Assembly (NCBI GenBank): GCA_965285935.1
Contig: OZ260665.1
Coordinates: forward strand, 39,680,001 to 39,744,000
Reading direction: 5' to 3'
From: Ophelia neglecta
Taxonomy: Eukaryota
DNA: 64,000 nt
Positions 42,001 to 54,000 of this stretch are shown here, piece by piece. Made by a program: the position numbers and the translations under genes. Position 1 is the first letter of the stretch. Each line of letters opens with the position of its first letter. The notes under the pieces were generated by a model. The model was not told the DNA's origin. It ran no database searches and was given only the letters and a program-made list of their open reading frames with translations.

Positions 42001-45000
42001 CGGCGGGAGATATCTTACTCTTCCTCCCTCACGACATGCCACCCTGGGGTATCCCGATAAGCTCCAGAATCAGACTCATTGCAAAGCCATCCTGTGTATT
42101 TGTACAAGTGGTATATTAATCTACCATGAGCATGGACGCAGTAATCACCTCTGGGAGTGGAAACATCCCCTCTCCCTCCAAACTCAAAGACAGTGCTATC
42201 AACCTTCTGAAAATAATACCAAAGAGGGCGGCTAGAGCAATCATCCCCCCCCCCCTAACAGGAACGCCGGCATAGCACTGTCCCACGTCCAAATTAAAAC
42301 GTGCTCCTCATTTTCGAAAATTTCACAACCGTACCAGCAGTGGTTGTATATCGAAAATAATAATTATGTACTTATGTTTACGCAGGTGAAAATACCATAT
42401 AGCAGAAAAGAGGACTGCGTATTTATTTAGAAGACTCCTTGCAAGGTTAGAGACACAAATCTCTTATTTAATGAGAAGAGTCTCTAATCAGTAATGAGAC
42501 GGTTCCGCCTTATTGTCTTGGTAAGCTTTTATACACATCTAAGACATGATGGCTATCAAAATCTTAGACAGAAACCACCATTTAAAAGCTTCTGGAAAGA
42601 TAATAAAACGTTGCTTAACTATATAGCGGGCTATAGACCAAGAGAAGATTAACAGTTGTCCTGCCACTATTTTTTCTCTTTTTCCATACCAAGAGATTAA
42701 TTTCATGTTAAAATTACCTTGATTATTTTTATAAATGGCAACTACTATTGAGAAGATAAAAAATGGCGAGTAGGCTTTCCTTAAAGGAAATCAAGCAAAT
42801 TGTAATATGTAAGTTACAAATGACACTCGATGTCCTTGATAACATATTTAGGTGATGCTGAAATGAGGCAACTTGATGTCTAACTTCAGACTTGCTTCAG
42901 CCTGGGTGTTGCCAAGACGTCAAAAACAGATCGTTAGTCTTTATTAAGCCTTCTAGTGGTCGCAAAAATGGCTCCTTTGGCTTTAAGACGGGCGTTGTGG
43001 TGGCCTAGACAAGGACAAGGTCATGTCCATCCTAGTATGAGTTGATGGGATATATTTTTTATATATATGGCGGAAAAATATCCATTTTGTGTTTTGGCGT
43101 TGGCTTTAGTACAAGAGAATACATCCAAACCGATGAAAGAAAGACTAGGTTTACTATTGACCAAGTTTGAATAAATATATATACAAACCATGAATTTCAA
43201 AAGAACCACTGCAGCATTGGCCTCATTATCTAGAATTAGGTATGGCTGCTGTTCAGTGTAGAATGCATAACGCATTTTCTTTTAATAATCTTTCAAAACC
43301 ATTGGTTCCAAATCCTTGGTATCATTTACGTTACGAATGGGGTATGGCTTGCTTAACCACTGATTTACTGATTTAATGTTATTTCGTTTGGTAATAATAA
43401 TATACAGGTACATGAACATCACGCTTGTCTGTTTTGATGTACATCCACGCCATTTCTACAGTGCAGCCACCGATGAATTATCCTCTTGAGTTTATTTTCT
43501 TGCGCAGACACCCGATCAGTAATATTCTTGTATCAAAGAGCATCTGGTGCTTCGTATTTAGACGCTCATCAGAGTTGTCATCTGCATGTACCTGATGAGT
43601 ATATTATCATCTTATAACGATGCCTGGTGGTGGTCGTGAACATTCATTCTTGGTCACTTTTAGAATAATTTTGATTTTATGATTAAAGCAGTTGCTTTCC
43701 TGTGTATGTGGAAACAGTACGTTCCGCATTTACTAACAGTAGTCTGCTAATATTAAAATAGCAAGCGGTATGCAATTTAGCTTATCGACAAATGGAACAG
43801 GCCATGGGGCATCTACGGCAGACCGGGTCTGTAAATTCCTTATCAACCCTTTGCTGGCAGTGACCTGCCGTCGTGTAGATACATCCGAAACAGCACGAGA
43901 CATTTTTACCTCAATAATGATGGACAAAGGAGAAAATGATGACACCTGGTAACTTAAAGATCGCCTAAAACGTAGTCAAACATCTAATTTTCAAAATAAT
44001 TGATACAATGGTTCCATTATTTTCCCTTATAAGAAAAACAGCATAAATGAGTGCTTTATCTTATGGTAATTGCATTTCGTGGGGGAATCTCAATGTGGAT
44101 TAACATCTCATGGTAAGCCAGGTATATCGTGAGGGAGTCTCAATTTGGATTGTAAATATCATGGTAAGCCACGAATATCGCGAGGGAATCTCAATTTGGA
44201 TTGAACATCTCATGGTAAGCCAGGTATGCCAGGAGGAAGTCTTAATTTGGATTGAACATCTCATGGTAAGCCAGGTATGCCAGGAGGAAGTCTCAATTTG
44301 GATTGAACATCTCATGGTAAGCCAGGTATGCCAGGAGGAAGTCTCAATTTGGATTGAACATCTCATGGTAAGCCAGGTATGCCAGGAGGAAGTCTCAATT
44401 TGGATTAAACATCTCATGGTAAGCCAGGTATGCCAGGAGGAAGTCTCAATTTGGATTGAACATCTCATGGTAAGCCAGGTATGCCAGGAGGAAGTCTCAA
44501 TTTGGATTGAACATCTCATGGTAAGCCAGATATGCCAGGAGGAAGTCTCAATTTGGATTGAACATCTCATGGTAAGCCAGGTATGCCAGGAGGAAGTCTC
44601 AATTTGGATTGAACATCTCATGGTAAGCCAGGTATGCCAGGAGGAAGTCTCAATTTGGACTGAACATCTCATGGTAAGCCAGGTACAGTGATACCTGGAA
44701 ATTAGGGACATGCAAGGGACTGTGTTAAAGTGCCCTGTTTTCTAAGGTGCCCCTAATTTCAAGGTTATTTTACATATAAAACGACATGTTGGGTCCTAAT
44801 GTAGCTGTCCCTAATTATCAGGTGCCCCTAATTTCCAGGTGCCCTTTAGACCAGGTTTCACTGTATATCGTTAAGGGGCCTGAATGTTAATTGAAGTACA
44901 CGATCGGAGGTCCTAGTAAGTTATCAAAGGGTATTAAGGACACCCTTATTTATTAGGACAGTCCCGGCCCCTTCCACCAACTTCCCTTTTCCCCTCCCCG

Positions 45001-48000
45001 AACCAGCCCCCACTCCCATCTCCCGCCACATCCTATATCCACCTTGCCTGCATAGGTGTGTTTTTCTTCTGCATCGACAGGAGCTTTTTCAGGAGATAAT
45101 GATTATACGGGTGTGTCTTGATTTACGAGGTCTAATCAGGTTTCAGCAATAAGTGCGGTATTCATGTGATATGCTGATATGCATAATGTCAATAAAGTAA
45201 TCGGTCGAGCAGGATGGAGTCAAGTGATATGGTGCAAAGTGGCTCACAAACCATTACATGGTATTATACGGGGGGGGGGGGGGGGTACAGAAGGAACTCG
45301 GGAGGAATGATGGGAGAGTTTTAAGGAGAGCTTTTCCTTGTACATTCTACATGTACTGAAAATATTATGCATAATCACTGTTTTCATTCTGTTTATCATT
45401 TCTTTAATCTCGAGTATTGAAGCAATAGAACTGGTGGCTTGGGACGGAGTTACTCACTTATATTATATTATACTATCATGTCTGATTAGCCTGTAGAAAA
45501 ACTCAACAAAAGGCTCCCCATCAGATGAGTTATTGGAAAGAAAAATAACATATGATATTTGTATGATACCACTGGGTTCTACCCGATGTCTACCTGTTAT
45601 GTTACACGGTACATAAAGACTTTAAAATATCTAGTCCCTGTTTTGTTACACTGTAGATGATGACTTATACATGTCTGCCTGTTATGTTACACCATAGATA
45701 ATGACTTACAAATGCCTACCTGTTATGTTACACCATAGATAATGACTTACAAATGCCTACCTGTTATGTTACACCATGGATAATGACTTACAAATGCCTA
45801 CCTGTTATGTTATACAATAGATCACGACTGATACCTATCTATCTGATATAATCATATCCATATAATCATATTTTTTATATCGGAAAAATAATAAGTCGGC
45901 ACGAGGACTTCAAGAACATCAATGGAAATTTGATCTGGCGTATCAATTTCCAATAGTGAAAAAAACAATAGCCTACAGTATTAATCACACATAGGTCTAA
46001 AACAAAGACAAAATGCTTAAATACCATGAGTGCTTATGAAACGGGCGAAAAACCTAGCGTTGTCCCAAAATTGTTGTCCCGCTCTAAACGGTAGCCAGGC
46101 ACCAGTTTCATATTTGTTACCGTGCGCTCTTTAAGACTTCCCTTCGTAGCGTTTCTAACCATTCATGGCATCCATATTAGGGTGTTTTAAATCTAATAGC
46201 TGGAATACATTATTATTTAATGGCATTGTACCCCAAACTATTCCAAGTAATTTGCAGACTTATTCAAACGATCCAGCAAGCACATCAAAATTAGCCTAAT
46301 ACCAGTAAGTTAAGCCATTGGCAGAGCAACCGGAAGCTTCAAAAATGGTAAAAGCGTCACGGTTGCTATCGGCCATTTATCAGTTTAACAAAGATGGGTC
46401 ATAGCCTATTTTTGCTCGTGGTTAGTTGAAAAAGGTGCTTAGAATAAGACAAAAAGTGGAATTGGAATCCAACTTAAGGCCACCTTAAAGAATAAGACAA
46501 GTGAACTTACCATGTCCATAACCTGGATGAGCGTAAGTCCGAATTGGACGACCACGTTTTTGGTAGCGTTGAACACAGGCCGCACGCTGTTATCATAGTT
46601 TCGGAACATTTTATTCAGCAGTCTTTGTTCGTCTGGTATACTCCTTGTGCCTGCATGAGCTACAGGTGGAAAGGAAGAAAAGGAGTATGGAATCAGTTGT
46701 ATAATCATACACAGGTGCCAACAGGTAGAGGGTAGCATACATGTCCCCCATGGCACTAAGTTCTTAATCAGTTGAGCGGCGGCCATTTTGAAAGTCACTC
46801 ACGCCCGAGGACAACTCATTCTGTCGACAAGCTCTAACAATGTGGCGGCATCCCCCAAAGCGCTCGGCGCAGAAAATGAAATCACAATGTCTTTTGTCGG
46901 TGTTATTTTGATCCCACAATATCTTTTGGAGTATAAGCGTTGGTATTCAACTGGCATGGTGCAGGTTTTTTATTCTTCTGTAGACCCGAGTTGATATTTT
47001 ATCTCTAGCAGAAAACAGAGCTGATAAGTCTGGCAAAGGGAGCGGGAAAAGAGGAGCGCAGACGACCGAAGGCGAATGAGCAGCCGGCCACCCCCGGACA
47101 GCCGCTGCAGAGCCGGCAGCCAGTCTAACCAGCAGAGTATAACTGATCAATTCGTTGTAATACTTGAGCCACTGTAACACTAAGAATCAATTTCTCGGAG
47201 GTTAATGCCTTCATCACAGCGAATTCCCCGTTTCGCTGAGCATCGCCTAAAAAAGGTCGATCTGTTGGACTCACGATTCATTAAATAAATCATTGATTTG
47301 GTTGGTTTGTAATGATGTTAGATTTTGGAGAGGGATACACCCGTCTAGAGGTTAAGCATGGAGGACTGACTAGTGGGAAAGTGTCTTCCCACAAGTCGCT
47401 GGCCAGCCCAGCACGGAGGACAAGTCTCTCTTTGCTCACCCCTCCCCGAGCACATCAATACTTAGCGCTCAATACCGGCAGCAATCCCAGCAATGGTCAT
47501 TTGTCATCGAACAGTTCCCCATTAGTCCAGTCCAGTCAATGTGACTTCTCTGCATTGATATTAGAAGATTGGGTTCAACCCCGAAATGGCCAAGGACTAT
47601 ATTAGAATCTAACCGTCTAGGGAGGCAACCTTGCCGAATTCCTTCGCGATCTTGTCTAGATGATTTCATTTGCAAATGAAATCCATAGCGATTAATCGTG
47701 ATTTAGTTCAAACCACTGATTCTATTATCATAACTTGCGTGTTGGCGTTATTCAGTGACAGAAGATTGCCATTTGCCCACCCAGACTCTTTTTCTTTTAC
47801 GCCCCTTTTGCGGCGCTGTAAATAGTTTTGGCTAAAGGGACGGTTTGTTTTTCAAGCACGGCTGACTTCCGCTGTCTGCTGAACATTACAGATAGCGGGA
47901 AAGAGGGGGACAAACGAGAGCCTCTATCACAGTCCTACCGTCTTGTTTATGGTTTTGTTGGTATAGCGGAAAATGGACTAGTCCTAGCGTGAAGCAGTAA

Positions 48001-51000
48001 AACACACACCACACTGCACTATCGGAATACCAGCATAGCAAGAAATCAACTTGGCAACCCCCGGGGACCCGCAGAATAAAATAATCTAATCAGCTTAATG
48101 CAGAAAGAAGGCGTTAAAATACACGACTAAACGCGACAGCCGTCAGTTTACTGGGCTGTTTGCTTTTAACATTTGTTTTGCAAACAGTCTTGGAAGGCAT
48201 GAGATTCAGCTTGAATTTAAGATTTATAGGCAGCACTCAACCACAATCGCAATCTCATTGACACCGCTCTGGCAAGAACTTGTCGACAATACAAGAAGGC
48301 AAAGCAGTGACAGATTAATATGTCATGGTAATGCAGAACCTGAAAGATAATATGCTAAGTCCTTTTCTCGTCTTTGTTCCTATATTTCTCAGCGTGTTGT
48401 CATTTGACCCACATCACATCGAATACAAATGAGACTGCAGCGATTGGTATTTTGGTGAAACATGCAAATTTGCCCATTTTGGCGCATGCGCGTCATTCAG
48501 ACCCATATCTTCCTGTAATTGGATATTGAAAATATCAGAGCTGATATTAAGGCAGGGCTTTTCACCTTGGTGAACCTGTCAATTGGCTAATGACCACCAT
48601 GTTTAAGTAGGTCAACTCCCAGTGTCGCAAATCAAGGAGCTATGGACCTGCCGCCATGTAATTTCCACATCCTGCGGCCAGATCGCCTGTACTTCGCCAA
48701 TCAATCTCCTTGTCATTTATTAGTTATCGAATTTATCCTCCAAATATTCGATTTCCTTAACGTAGCGATGCACCCAGACATCGTCTCTGAACTTTTAGCG
48801 CTGAAAAGCTTTTTGTTTGTGGCACTGTTTCCAAAGCTTATTTTGAAAGTTTGGCCTAAGCTTCAAGTAGTTGTGGGTGTCTGATGCAACGCCTTCTTGA
48901 TTTCTAATTGATGAGCTGACAATATCACTGTTTTCCAACCAAGGACAATTAAGTAAACTCAATTTTGTTTGATGTTCATAGTTTGCTCATTTCCTCACAA
49001 ACATTTCATACAGACCAATGGCGGCGGCGAATAATTCGAAAACGGAGTAGTAATGAAATAGACCAAATGGCTCTTTCCTCCATTTACCACCCGGGACTGA
49101 TGATCAAAGTCCATTGCCTTATTGGAGCCAATGGCTTTAGCTCGTCCACGTTGCTTTTAAATCGAATGCCGTAAATGGGTGTTTGGTCATTAACTTGGAA
49201 ATGAAGCTCTGCCGAGGTGAGGACGCGATCGCTCGGTGGACGAAATCTGCCCTATACGGCATTGCTGGAGTTTATGAGCCAGCTAGTTTTATAATTACAA
49301 CGGGGCAGCTAGGTCGGACACGTTAGAACAACTTTGTATTTATATAAATCCTATAAAAATAACATCACAGCAATTTCTAGTCGGCCCAAACCTTCTTGAG
49401 CATGAATATGTTTTTTATTGTCCGGACAAAAAAACGAGTTAAGTAAGCTTAAGTCGTTTTTAAACCACTTCATTAGGGCCTATAACAAATGCTGATTCGG
49501 GCCTCTCACAATTTTTTTTTTTCGATCGAAATGCATATATAAAACTCGTTGGTATATTTGCTATTTACAGAGGCACCGTGGCCCGATGGCGCAAAAAAGC
49601 CCAACTCATTAAGTTAAAAGGCAGACGTAGCCCTGTCCCTAGTGAAACATGAATATCATAACGCTTTATTCGCCCAGCTGCGCCCAACTTGGGCGTTGCT
49701 ATGGTTAGCATCACCGCGATACTACACACACCTTATAGCTACTAATGTCAGAACGATTGACAAAGACTGAGCTCGTCTATCTACTACTCCTTATAGCCTG
49801 ATGACAGTATTTACGGCATGATGATTAAAAAACTAAAGATTTCCCCAATTTGGCTATGAAATTGCCATTAAATTTACTGAGAGTACAATTTCCTTGCGGC
49901 TATAAGTGAGACCTATAGCAAAGTAATATCTAGTATATTAAATTAATAGGACCGTCAAACCGATATAAGGAAAAGAAAGATTTATTTGACGAAGTTTTGA
50001 AACTATTTGAACAGGTTTGCGGTTTTGAATCAGCTTAAAAAAACATTTTCGATTTTGGCAATGAACTAAATAAAAAAGTCAATTTTATAGCTTTGATTAA
50101 ATGAATGACAATATAAATATAATGGAATAATAATGAATGATATAATTTACAGACTGCCTCGTTCTATAATCTATTACTGTTTTTCTATATGTATGAAGGA
50201 CCTACACGATGACCACAATCCTAGCCTATTATCCATGAAAACTTCACTTTTAGTTTGGGGTCTAAGAATTTAGGAGGCATTTCCTGAATTATTTGGTACT
50301 GATAAATGTTTTAAGTTGTTTTATTGTTACTGTATTAGACGGACTTACACATAAGATAAACAGACTGTACAATTACATATACAACCTCGATTATCAGTGT
50401 ACATGTTTAAGGAAGCATCTAGTGTTATTGCTGTGTACGGTTTCCTATCGTTTGTCACTTCCGGTTTTTGAATGGCATTGGACCAATGAGGTAAATTTTT
50501 GTGTGCATTTCTGTATTGCCAAATGTTATACGCTTTAGTTACTGGGTCTCCATCGGATTGTACATATAAGTGTTGAAAGCCACGTAAAATCCCAAACAAC
50601 AACAACAACCATCGGATTGGAAATGATATCATTTCATGTCTCAATCGGATTTCCTCAAAGGTTCTTTGAATTACTTACCGCCGATCAAAAATCCTAAGAA
50701 GTCATTATTTTACTTCATTAAGGAAAAATACCATTAAAATATTAAATAACAACGTTTTTTGCGCATAGAACTAATATTTCGACACTAATATGTGGCAAAA
50801 GGTGGATTTGTCTAAACCAATATGCCTACATTTTCATAAGGTCAGGAACTCAAACGTGTCAACTATAACTTGTAAGGTTGGTCTTGAAACCTATTCAATT
50901 TTGACATTAACCATGAAGAATATTAGGCCTATTTCTAGTTGCATTATTGTGTTCACCTAAAAGGCACCGGAGACATAATTGAAAAAAAATCCTGATTTCA

Positions 51001-54000
51001 AGTACGTGAACCTTTAAAGGCACCGAGGTAATAGTGATTGTACGCTTGGTGTATGAAGCTCCCTGGACTTTTTATTTAAATCATTTATGTTTATCTAATC
51101 ACTGATCACATGGACTAGGCCCCAACATATTCGCCATAGTGGCTCGTCAGATGATCAGGGCTGAAGAGGGTAAGCCAAGTTTTATAGCTGTTAAATCCTA
51201 GACAATAACACCACACCGTAAAATGTCTGACATTTGCAGCAAAGACACAAAAATGGCTGTAAAGAAGTGCTAGGGATGTTCTGGGATGGGTTACGACTTC
51301 GGGCCCATGAGCCGACCCTTTATTGCCATCGATTCTCTCTTCATGGTGACAGGAAACAAAGTGTGGGCTCCAATTCATGATCGTGCTTAGCCTCAGGGAG
51401 GAGAGGGGTGTTCTAAACAAGGACGTGTAGATCTAGAGGGTCTCCACTCAGCCGGCGAGGCCAGGCTTGGGGTTTGCCGCATTCGAGGCTGTTCAGTGAT
51501 GGCTGGCGGTGTGAATAATTATATTCTTTGTTTACTGCTTCTCACTGTGGCTCATCTCCTGCTAATGACAAGTCAGGTTGGTTCTACTGGCAGCTAGAGG
51601 TAGTTTAGTAGCTGGACACTAGGCTCAGCGAATCTCTCTCTCACATCAAACCTAATAAGGACATCGTATGAAAGAAACCCATCCCGTTAATAGATTAATT
51701 ATGCTAACCATACATCGGCAGAAAAAATGATTTTTACATGTCATAAACTTCTATTAATTCACCGTGTACAGTGTAATAGTGTCAAGAGCAAACAAAAAAG
51801 AAAGATGTATTACTGATATCTGATATGCATGCCTCCAATAAATTAATATTAATATTATAATTATGGAACCAGGGAAAGTTGATTTATACAAACAAATATT
51901 ATTTTATGCATCATACAGTAGAATTTAAGTACAATGAGTTTGACGCTCGTCTTATATTATACACCTAATTATGCACTTAATTATTTAAGTGATAATCAAG
52001 CAACTATCGGTCTCATGCTATCCCCTGCTTTTTTATAAACTTTCACTGTTGACAGCTGATAAATTGGTGTTGGATTAGGAAGTAGGCACTGGCTACTTGC
52101 ACGTCAGATATAGAATTATTGCTTCCTTGGTTGTGGTCACCAGGGCTAATAAATGACCAGTTCATGAGGCAGACTGTGTAATCGACTACACATAAAATAC
52201 GAATGTTGATCATTCTCTCCACACAAGCTGTGCACTGACTTGTGGTCCAAATGCTTAAGACCATTGCAGCTTACAATTTGATTGACTGGCATTGGGTTAC
52301 AAGAGGACAGAATTGTGCTCGCTTCTTTTATTTTTTTTCATGGAAAATATATATAAACCGGCGTCTCGTGGGCGCTAGTGGACTTATTCTTTGTTATATT
52401 GCTCAATTTGCCCACTTTTCAATTCAATTGTTCGCCCACCATATTCAATTCAATTGTTCGCCCACCATAGCAAATTGTATCTTCATGGAAGTCGTGCCTT
52501 TAAGTAAATAGCAGCGCAGTGGCTCAAATTTTTTCCTGATGATTCCATAGTCTTTATAACAGCCATGTGTGTGGTTAAAAACAGTCCCTCCAGGCAGGCA
52601 ATGACGCGACATCATGTCAGGTGGTTTTGTTTTGCCGGCGTTTATTGTCGTTGCATGCCACGACCTGAGATATGAATGCAGACACATAACAAACTGTCTT
52701 GATGTATTCTAATATAAAATTTGCTTTGGGTCTCGGGACCATGGTAACAGATGATGGATTATAACATTTATCAGCTTTGATGTAAAAAAAAATATATTGA
52801 TAAAGAACCGATTGCGCCATTTAGGAGATGGCATTTCTATGGAGACATATTATCTTCTGCGATGTTTTCAAACCTAAAAGAGACCGAGAGACGGACATGA
52901 TCCGCCACATCTACAGTTATATTTCTTAGTAGCGCTACTTTTTTCCTTATTTGCTCTAAATATTGTTGTTTATTTTCAAAAATTCATAAAACCAACAATT
53001 AGGACACAGTTATGTTAGGTCCCCCATTTGTATAGCTTAAACCGGAAATACCTGTAATGAATAATGCAGTGGCATTTTTGACGGTTAAAAGGTTGCATTT
53101 CCATATCATTCACTTATAGGGCAATGAGTCTTTCAATCAAAAACCGTCTGATGTCGTTTGTGTGAATAATTCATCATCCAATAAGCTTTGAGCGTTTGAC
53201 AGTTTTGCCATTTCTCCCTCTGGCTTGTACTGTTTCTAGCTTGAGCAACAAGGAGACAGCAAAAACGAGACTGAATACCGGGCAGCCACAAGTAATTGAT
53301 GGCGACTAAATACATGCATCAACAATAAGCAATCCCATCTAGTCCCAAATTAAGTCACCAGTTTAAATTTTAGTCTATTTGGTCGGAACACTGGCTGCTC
53401 TGGGCACGGATGCCTGAACCGACAATTTCGTTTCCCTAGTTGCTCGAGCGTCCTGTTTCTGGTCTAGCGGCTCTTGAGATACGATGTAACCAATGAAACT
53501 TGTTTTGGAGAAGGTACCTCATGGTTGGGTCTTCCATGGGATAAGGGACACGGTGGTTGAGGCTTTTTATTTTTCTAATAAATTTAAACTGTTTTCCTAG
53601 CATAGAAATGATCTAGGGCTTTTTAAATGATTCAAAATGATAGTTCTGTCAAATCAGCGGAAACTCAAGCCTAAGCTTGAGGAACATGCCTTTGAGCATA
53701 AATTTATTGTCTGTGATCCTAAACACTGGCTTCATGAAATGAATCAAAATCACAGCTGAGGTACAGCCAGTGAGTTGCTGAGTCCATTGATGCTACGTCG
53801 GGTAAAGTGAACATAAGCTTAACCATTCCTATATCAATTTATTTCTAGTACAAAACTGGGATGAAGGGGCTAAGCCTGGGTTATAAAATGACTGACGTTA
53901 TTGTAGTCTGCTACCAACGCTGCTTTCGTCCCACATTTCGCTTTCGCCGTTTATACAAAGGTTCTTCAGATTCGCTCTGGTTTATATGGTTGCCTTATAA

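Noticed and set aside
43540-43600. Hammerhead ribozyme cores (CTGATGA at about 10212, 41680, 43570 and 43592)
   Set aside because: None has a proper stem II followed by GAAA together with closing stems I and III.
44100-44711. Long ORFs on both strands (203 and 193 aa) with 17-aa repeats
   Set aside because: They are a by-product of a stop-free 51-bp (3n) minisatellite inside an intron.
21731-46510. Mutually exclusive duplicates of exon 3 or exon 4, as in insect nAChR alpha4 and alpha6
   Set aside because: I found no second DEKNQ-like or WxPD-like exon by eye. A tblastn of the exons against the introns would settle it.
50540-50632. MISFPIRWLLLLFGIL as an alternative signal-peptide exon
   Set aside because: There is no good phase-1 donor. 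The Leu run comes from a (CAA)n microsatellite between repeated CCATCGGATTG motifs that look transposon-derived.
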